Positions 55,937-64,000 of a stretch of 64,000 bases of DNA are shown one piece after another. How positions within the stretch are numbered: position 1 is the stretch's first letter; each line of letters begins with the position of its first letter. Under the pieces are notes generated by a model. That model worked only from the letters and a program-made list of their open reading frames with translations, was not told the DNA's origin and ran no database searches. The stretch comes from the human T2T-CHM13v2.0 reference genome, Homo sapiens: assembly GCF_009914755.1 (NCBI RefSeq), contig NC_060926.1; one strand, 5' to 3'. A program made the position numbers and the translations under genes.

Positions 55937-56293
55937 TGCTAAGGTCTGAATGTTTGTGTCCTGCCAAAATTTCATTTGTTGAAATCCTAACCCCTGAGGT
56001 GATGGTATTAGGAGATGGAGCCTCTGGGAGATGATAAGGTCATGGGAGTGTAGCCCTCCAAATCAGACTAGTGCCCTTATAAAAGTGATCCAAGAAAGAC
56101 TCCTCAGCCCTTCTGCCATGTGAGGTTAGAGTGAGAAGATGGCTATATATGAGAAAGAGGACCTCGATGAACATGAAATCTGCTGGCACCTTGATCTTGA
56201 ACATCCAGCCTCCACAACTGTGAGAAATAAATTTCTATTATTTATAAGCCACCAAGTCTACAGTACTTTGTTATGGCAGCCCAAATTAAGACA
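55937..56293 (+). mobile_element. MLT1A-type MaLR solo LTR
   Basis: tgctaaggtctgaatgtttgtgtcc...gttgaaatcctaacccc...tccagcctccacaactgtgagaaataaatttct...taagaca. Confidence 0.92.
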
Positions 56294-56999
56294 CAAATTC
56301 ATTGGAGAGAATTTAGAAAGTAATTTTGTATATTCTATTTTCCTGAATCTATAAACACATTTAAACTTATATCCATTTTGACTTGAATCTATATAGGAAA
56401 ACAAATAAAATGGGCATTATGTCCACAAAAATAAATCTATATTAAATATTTTTACTCCCGTGAATAATTTCATTGTATTATGGGAATCTGCAAAGGAATA
56501 TTAGAGTTGAAATTGAGCTTAAGCTGGAAAAATATTCCTTGAGTGTGGGCTAGTAAATTATCAGGTTACCTAAAGAAAATTAAACTAAATATTGATAGGA
56601 TGCATGAATATCTAGAAACAAAACTTTGCGGAACAATTTTGATAAATGGAGGAAGAGATAGATCTGTTCAACCTTCTCAGAAATGGGAGCCAGTAGCTAT
56701 ACATAATTTTCTTAGTAATTCTTTGTAAAATTGTAATTCTCAGTGATTCTTTGCTACATTTTAATTTTGCTTAAATATGCAAGGATAATTTATTTTAAAT
56801 TCATAAATTTAATCTGAGCTATTATTTGTAATATATTTATGCTGAGGTTTTTCCACTCTCTGAATTTGCCAGACTATATAAAATCAAACCGTCTCACATC
56901 AGGTGGCCAGTGAATGAAGCGTGAGAATATGCCATACAATATCTAGAAAATAACTTGCATGTTTCAAAACATCCAAGCTATATACTCATGGAAATCATA

Positions 57000-57180
57000 G
57001 TAATATTGATTGTAAATTGTATCATTGATTGCAGTTTTACTATATGCCAAACATTGTGACAAGCATTCTAGATTGTCATTTAATTATTAAAAGTATTTGA
57101 GTAGGTTCTAGTAATATCCTCATTTTATAGCTGAGGAAATTAAGGAAAAAATCTATTTTTCTTAAATTCCTAAAGTCATA
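57000..57180 (-). mobile_element. MIR fragment
   Basis: tactatatgccaaacattgtgacaagc...atcctcattttatagctgaggaaattaagg. Confidence 0.75.
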
Positions 57181-59784
57181 TTGAAGCAAAAATGTCTGGT
57201 ATCTTCTGTCAACATAAGGAAAATATGATCTATTGACAAATAAACTGATTTACATTAAGTGAGTGCTGCTTCGTGTTAGACCATCACAGAATGGGGTAGG
57301 GACTGGTGTGACCCCATGTCCCACCACTACTACCATTGACATTATGTCGAAGGCTTTTCAAATATCTGCCTACCCATCTAATAAATACAGACTTGGCCAC
57401 ATTTTTTCCTTATTTGTTAGTGATTGATGGTGTTAAATGGAACAGCACTGAAAATCTTGTTAACGTCAAGATATATTTAATCTATTGCTTCACCTTCATC
57501 TCCTAAGTCACTATCACATATAAAGAAATTAGACTAATCTAACATGATTCATATTTTTATACAGCCTTGTTTATTACTCCCCAATACAGGATTGCTGGTG
57601 TTCATCTAGCTGTTGCCAATTGATTTTCGATGACAAATTCTATCTTCTTTTTTTTTTTTTATCTTGCATTGAAATTTAGCTAAAACGTGTCATTACTTTC
57701 TGAACCTTATGGTTAGTTGAGGAAATGATTTAAATATAAGTAATTGTGCTGATCAACTTTATCAATAATTCTTCATATTAAATTTCTTGATTCTCTAAGC
57801 TTAATATTTCAAAAATAACTTATATCCTCATCTAATTAATGCCATCTTTATCAGAGGCTATTGGTTACTAGGATAAACAGATTTGAACATATAAAATTCC
57901 GTTCTAATTTTTAACTCATTTAACTTTACTTCCTCCGGTCTGGCTCAAATGTAGCATTCCTTTTCTTTTGTCTTTTTTCTTTTTTATTGTTACTATAAGG
58001 GAGGTTTTAAAATAAAACAGAAGACAATAATAACTGATTATGAGTTTGCTTTTGGAGTGCTTTGGTTATGTGTAGATCCTTCAGTTTTGCCAATTCATTA
58101 AAACAACCATTTATGGATTTTCTTTGGGAATCCACCTCGTTTTCTTTGCCCTATAGGCAGTGTAATAGAAGCAAGATGTGTAAGGCATTATCTTTGCTTG
58201 AAATGAGCTTATAATATTATTAGTCAAAATGAACCAAGTAGTTAAAGTATAGGTTAAGATATAATGAAATAGCATTAGGTCATCAAATGAGGGTAGGTCT
58301 GAAAACCTTGATAGAAAGCAGAGCTTTCGCACTTAAAATTTTTATTACCTTGAAAAAGTTCCCTCTGACAGCCCACACTCCTCATTTCTTCTCTTACAGA
58401 CAGAAATAAGGACATCTACTTTTCTAAGAAGTAGAACAAGTATAAAATTCTTGCAATCATTTTAAATCTTTCTCATTAAAAAAACCTGAATAAATCAAAG
58501 AATATTGCTCCTTAGGGCAGGCCCGTGGTACTTATGGCCTTCCTAGTAATTCCCTGTCCCTATTGTCCATTAAATGATCAGATTGTAGCCACTTGGTCAA
58601 CAGTGTATATACCTTTCCATGCAGCCACTTTGTGGATATCACTTATATTCCACTTACATATGTCAGGCCTCTGGATGCCAAAAGCTCATAGGCCAAACAC
58701 TTATGAGAAGAAGAAAAAAATTATCTAAGATAATAGTAAATAATATTTAAACATTCAAAAAAACCAGAGAACAGAATAAAGAAGAGCTATTGTGTCTCAG
58801 AAAAAGTAGTGAGTTGGCATGTGGGGGCAAGATTATGAAGATGAACAGGGAGGTATGAATCACACAGGCAAGATCCAGTTTCCAAGTCATTTCTAGATAA
58901 CTCCTTGTGAATCTGCTCTGCAGGCTTCATCCTATCAGTCAGTCAGTACTTTTTGCTGAACTTCTCCCAATTTGGAAGCACCTAAAAAGTATTAAATTAA
59001 GTGAAATAATGTAAGTTAAACGTGTTTGAGAAGTATTCGTTGAATATACATTAAGTACTCAAGCATATTGCTAGAAAGTTTCTCTCATTTCTTGTTTCTT
59101 TGTTCTCATTGTATCTTAGTGTGATTTTTTCATTTTTTTATATTATTAGGACAAAGCATTTTTCTAATGTTTGTTTAGTCATATAGTCTTTCCTACCCTT
59201 CTTTCCTAGCTTGGTGTAGGTTTTCTCATTCAGCTATCAGTAGTTCTTAAATATTATCCTACAATACTTTGATACTTAAACTACATTTTCAGGGATCATC
59301 TCTTGTGATTTCCATTAAGGCCTCTGAAATCCACATTCTACCACAGCATGTTGAAACTTTCTAGTAGTCTGAAAATGCTCAGAATGACATCAAGTTGAAG
59401 AAGCAGAGAGGGGTGCTAAGCAACAAAAAACATCTTGCTCCAAGCATTTAAAGCCCTTGTATGCTCTCAGTTGACTGTTTATTGAGATCTTTTCTTATAT
59501 CAGGATGCTGAAAGTAGCTTCTGGAGAAAGTGCAAAGGTAGTCTCATTACACCTAACCAAAGGAGTTAGGCACATTGAAAACACATCAAAAAAAATGGTT
59601 TTATTATTGTATGTTACATTTTGTGCCATAAAATATTAACAACAGAAGAAAGCATATCATATTCCTTGGGGGCAATGAACTATTTGTGGTTAAAGTGGTA
59701 GCAGGTAATAAAAATAAAAATATACATTTTTTAAAATTTTATCTTGTCACTATCACTATGAAAGCAGCTTAGAATAATTATTTT

Positions 59785-60218
59785 TATTTATTTATTTATT
59801 ATTATTATACTTTAAGTTTTAGGATACATGTGCACATTGTGCAGATTAGTTACATATGTATACATGTGCCATGCTGGTGTGCTGCACCCACTAACTCGTC
59901 ATCTAGCATTAGGTATATCTCCTAATGCTATCCCTCCCCCCTCCCCCCTCCCCCCACCCCACAACAGTCCCCAGAGTGTGATATTCCCCTTCCTGTGTCC
60001 ATGTGATCTCATTGTTCAATTCCCACCTATGAGTGAGAATATGCGGTGTTTGGTTTTTTGTTCTTGCGATAGTTTACTGAGAATGATGATTTCCAGTTTC
60101 ATCCATGTCCCTACAAAGGACGTGAACTCATCCTTTTTTATGGCTGCATAGTATTCCATGGTGTATACGTGCCACATTTTCTTAATCCAGTCTATCATTG
60201 TTGGACATTTGGGTTGGA
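59785..60218 (-). mobile_element. Young 5'-truncated L1PA2/L1PA3-type element (~430 bp)
   Basis: Near-consensus reverse L1PA 3'UTR with the GAG-type diagnostic (cccactaactcgtcatctagc); ORF2 C-terminus DWIKKMWHVYTMEYYAAIK...IFSLIGGN; 14-bp TSD agaataattatttt at 59771-59784 and 60219-60232. Confidence 0.97.
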
Positions 60219-60234
60219 AGAATAATTATTTTCG

Positions 60235-60235
<1 letters not shown>

Positions 60236-60275
<40 letters not shown>
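60236..60275. repeat. (AC)20 microsatellite
   Basis: Perfect run read directly. Confidence 0.97.
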
Positions 60276-60278
<3 letters not shown>

Positions 60279-60985
60279 AATGATGCTTCAGAAAGTGACA
60301 CTGGTTGGTACATCTTTGGAGAAAGAAAACAGAATAAATGGTAATATTTATTCTATTAATTTTTCTGAATTTTAAAACTACAATATTTGTATTTCAGCTT
60401 GATTTCTTGCCTCTGTTAATTTTCATGATTTTATTAATTATGTTTATTTGAATGATTGAAATTTTAAGCAATCATATGCTTTATTATCCTGGATTCCTTA
60501 GTGATAAATGAGAAATTAAATTTGCTTTGAAATGTAAAGTGTTTGAGGCCATTGGAATCTAATTAACCTAATACTAAATTTAATCTCACCTTATTTTAAA
60601 GTTTAGCTTAGTGTTGTCAGTATGGTATTCAATAAGATGTAAATGTGGTTAATAATAATAATAAATAAATAGGGCAATGGATTCATTGTTGTTAGTAATA
60701 ATATTACTTTAAAAATGTGAAGGAGAAATATAAACCATAGAAATTATTAACATTTGTTCAACAGCATTCCAGATATTTTTACCAATGGACAGATAGCTGT
60801 ACAAAGATTGGTAGATAAATAAAACATATTTAAATATTTATGATAGTTTTAGTTAATATCAAGTTTTACATGAACGTAAGAGGAGAAAATGAACCTAAAA
60901 TGGAAGAGAAAATATTGCAGAACTTAAATTCAATAGTTTTTTAAGAGATAATTATTCTTTGACAGTAATTGCTCTGAGCTAATCA

Positions 60986-61176
60986 TGTTACGGGATCCTT
61001 GAGGTGTCATTTCCCCGGCCAAAAATCTCTGTGGCCAGTTGGGCCTTTGCTCGAGTTTTGCTCTGTCCACTGATTTCTTTCCACCCACTTGGCCTGGAAG
61101 GCTGCTCTTGGCTTGCACCACTGGCCTGGATCCCATGCCTGCCATGCAAGCCAGGCGTGGAGTGGTGAGGGGTGAG

Positions 61177-61218
<42 letters not shown>

Positions 61219-61366
61219 CATGGGGCACAGACGATGCAGGGCACATGGGGACCCACGGCTGCCACTGCTCCTCCTGCAGCCGCTTCTGCCACCACCGGCT
61301 ACACTTCCCCATTTCCCCACTACAGCTGGTGTGTTGGCCACTCCGCACAGCCCACTGCTACCATCA
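60986..61366 (-). mobile_element. MER52-type ERV1 solo LTR, strongly deleted internally
   Basis: tgttacgggatccttgaggtgtc...cctggatcccatgcctgcca and cagcccactgctaccatca match the two MER52 termini, yet the element is only ~380 bp. Confidence 0.85.
61179..61215. repeat. (CT)18 microsatellite inside the MER52 LTR
   Basis: Read directly. Confidence 0.97.
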
Positions 61367-61380
61367 ATAATGAGGGTAGA

Positions 61381-61682
61381 GGCCAAGTGTGGTGGCTCAT
61401 GCCTGTAATCCCAGCACTTTGGGAGGCTGAGGTGGGCGGACTCCTGAGGTCAGGAGTTCGAGAACAGCCTGGCCTACATGGCTAAACCCTGTCTTTACTA
61501 AAAATAAAAAAATTAGCCAGGCGTGGTGGCATGTGCCTGTAATGTCAGCTACTCGGGAGGCTGAGGCAGGAGAATTGCTGGAACCTAAGAGGCGGAGGCT
61601 GCAGTGAGCCAAGACTCCAGTCTGGGCGACAGAGCGAGACTCTCAAAATAAATAAATAAATAAATAAAAATAAAATAATAAA
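61381..61682 (+). mobile_element. Alu (AluS-type)
   Basis: Alu dimer with (AAAT)n tail; 15-bp TSD aataatgag(g/a)gtaga at 61366-61380 and 61683-61697 with one mismatch. Confidence 0.96.
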
Positions 61683-64000
61683 ATAATGAGAGTAGATAGG
61701 GTCCTGAAATATCTCAAAGATTGGAATCATTGTAGTTTATCTTTTCACCAAATGTTTCCAACATTTCCAGTATTATCACTATTTCCAATAATTCCAATAT
61801 TAACTTCCTGCTATAAAAGAACAGACAATATGTGTATTGATACTTTCTTTTGCTTCCCTTCCTCCAAAATTCTGATTTTATATGTTTATTATTTTTTACA
61901 CTTTTAAAGTGCTGTAACTGTATTTTCCACAGTTATAGGGCTTTTATTTGTCACCTAAATGATTATCTTTTACCAGACTTCCTCTTTCCTCCATTTCAGA
62001 CCTCTTAACACTGATATTTGTGAATCTGTCTGTCACACAATAAATGCGCAGCAAGTATTCTTTTCCTTTTTTCTTCCTACCACTAGTGTAAAGTTATTTG
62101 CTCCATTACAGTTCAGCTTTCTTTTTTTTGTTTGTTTGCTTTTTCGAGCTAACCTTTACTCTCCCAGTGATTTCTCTGTGAGCCACTACTACAGGTTAAA
62201 AAATGTTGTTGGTATTTGTATCTCTATGAATATATTGTGAGGAATCATTAGAATTGTTTCTTCTCTGTGTCACATATAAAATTTGCATGAACAACAAAAG
62301 CACAGATCATTGCTGTTTATTTGTTGCTGATATAAAATGCATTTCAAAGAGAAGGAGTGGGGTGGAAATCTAAATTGAGATGATTTAAAAGAGAGTTCAC
62401 TTCCCAGGCAACATACCAGAAAGATCATTTCATTGCAACATAAAACTGACTGATAGTGTTACAGCAATATATTAGCTAAACTATCTTCATCTTTGCAAGG
62501 TCCATGTTAATATTATTAGTAAACATTTTGAATTTATATTATGCTTGATAAACTAAAACATCATAAACATAAAACACATAGCTGATCTTCATTTTAGAAA
62601 TGAATAAAATAAAAGTAATGAAATATAGAAGATTCCGGAAGACACTTTTATGCATAGTTTAGAATTATTTTATCTAAGAGCAATACTTTTGCAAGACAAA
62701 TTTTATCCACACAGAAGTGGCATCTCTTTGAATAATTATTATACCTCTAATTCCAATTTTAGCAACATCAATAATAACAAAGACAAGTAACATATATTTC
62801 TATTGCTTTTGGAACACATCAACTTTTAATCATTGTGATTTTTACCAAGTGTGATGATGCTCATCTTTGCAAAAACCTCACCAAGCAAATGAGCTGCAGG
62901 AGTTCAAATTATAATAATAATTTAAAAAAATTAAAGACCAAATAAGAAGTCTCATAATAATTTATGTCATGATCTAAGAAATTTATTTCTAGTTAGAGAT
63001 GCAGAAGCCAAAGGAAGAGGCAAAGCAGGAACAAAATTCATACACAAAGGGAAGATAAGACACAATCACATGCACACACACATACGCACCCAATGATATT
63101 TTTAGTTTACACCTGAAAGAAAAAAATCACTTAGATATTTTTCTAATATCTCTTATCTTAAACACACACAACATGATAATAATATTAACAGTAAATCAAG
63201 TAAATCATGTTGCATTTTGTATATTTAAAATATCAAAACATCTTAGGTATATAAAGGCATCTAACATTAATAGTAGTACTAGGTTACAAATTTTCTTAAC
63301 TGCTCTTCTTGGAAAATTTTAGTATTTTTGATGCCTTTAAAGCTTTTGGAGTTCTGCATTTCTGCTATTAGTCCTATTAATGTCCTTTTCTGAAACTACC
63401 TTTGTAAAAATTATGCTACTTAACTGGCCATCCAGTAGCAGCCACTGTTCGTTTTATTAAATGTTAACACTTATTATTCATTCCTAAAACGAAAAAAAAA
63501 ACACATACATTTTAGAAACAGCTTATAACTAAATATTAATCCATATCAAATAAGTTTGTGAATATTGTTAAAGTTTTCATTGTGATGACCTAACTTTCAG
63601 TTGACAATCTTAAAGCCTACTTTTTTTATATTTTCTCAACAAATATGACCATTTTGCCTTTTAAAGCATAGTGAAATAACATAATGACATTAAGATGTTA
63701 AAATAGTATAACATACACTCTTGTGTAAGGTAATATTGTACTGGCAGAATAATTTAAATATTGAAACCTTTAAATTTCTAGTATTATGAAAATGTTTTTT
63801 CTTAAATTTAAGTCATGGAGCCATGCCTCTCTCTGCTCTAATTAGATATTAGGAAGAAGTAAGTTATTAAGAAATTCCATCTTTATTGTGATGGCTCTGA
63901 GTCAAAGTCACATGATGAGCTAGCCTTACTCTGAATCACAGGATTCCTTAGAAAAGCCACTGTCAGTCAAGGGATGTTGATGCTGTAAAGCAGTGGTTCC

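Noticed and set aside
60016-60198. ORF resembling a real protein C-terminus
   Set aside because: It is the end of L1 ORF2 in a 5'-truncated copy with no promoter. The same applies to 41288-41503 and 11505-11762.
60930-61485. Cluster of 78-148 aa ORFs in GC-rich DNA, possible gene or CpG island
   Set aside because: They lie in the MER52 LTR, the (CT)n repeat and an Alu. CpGs are decayed and no domain is recognisable.

Overview
AT-rich, CpG-poor primate (human-like) non-coding genomic DNA, either intergenic or deep intronic. No credible protein-coding gene, RNA gene, CpG-island promoter or prokaryotic-type system is visible. The ORF track is explained by low-complexity DNA, repeat remnants and chance ORFs. 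Much of the window is layered interspersed repeats: nine Alus (most with readable target-site duplications, TSDs), L1s from very old L1M to a young 5'-truncated L1PA2/3, ERV/MaLR solo LTRs (MLT2A, MLT1-type, MER21-like, MER52, MER90-like), DNA-transposon relics (half MADE1, MER58, Zaphod/MER115-like), MIR and L2 fragments, and a probable ancient CR1/L3 fossil. Family names come from recalled consensus sequences and should be confirmed with RepeatMasker/Dfam. I found no new biological system. The best second-look items are a nearly abutting inverted Alu pair, four small duplication/fold-back repair scars, an apparent L1-insertion-mediated deletion, a ~320-bp polypyrimidine tract grown from an Alu tail, and an internally deleted MLT2A LTR retaining a DUX4-like site.
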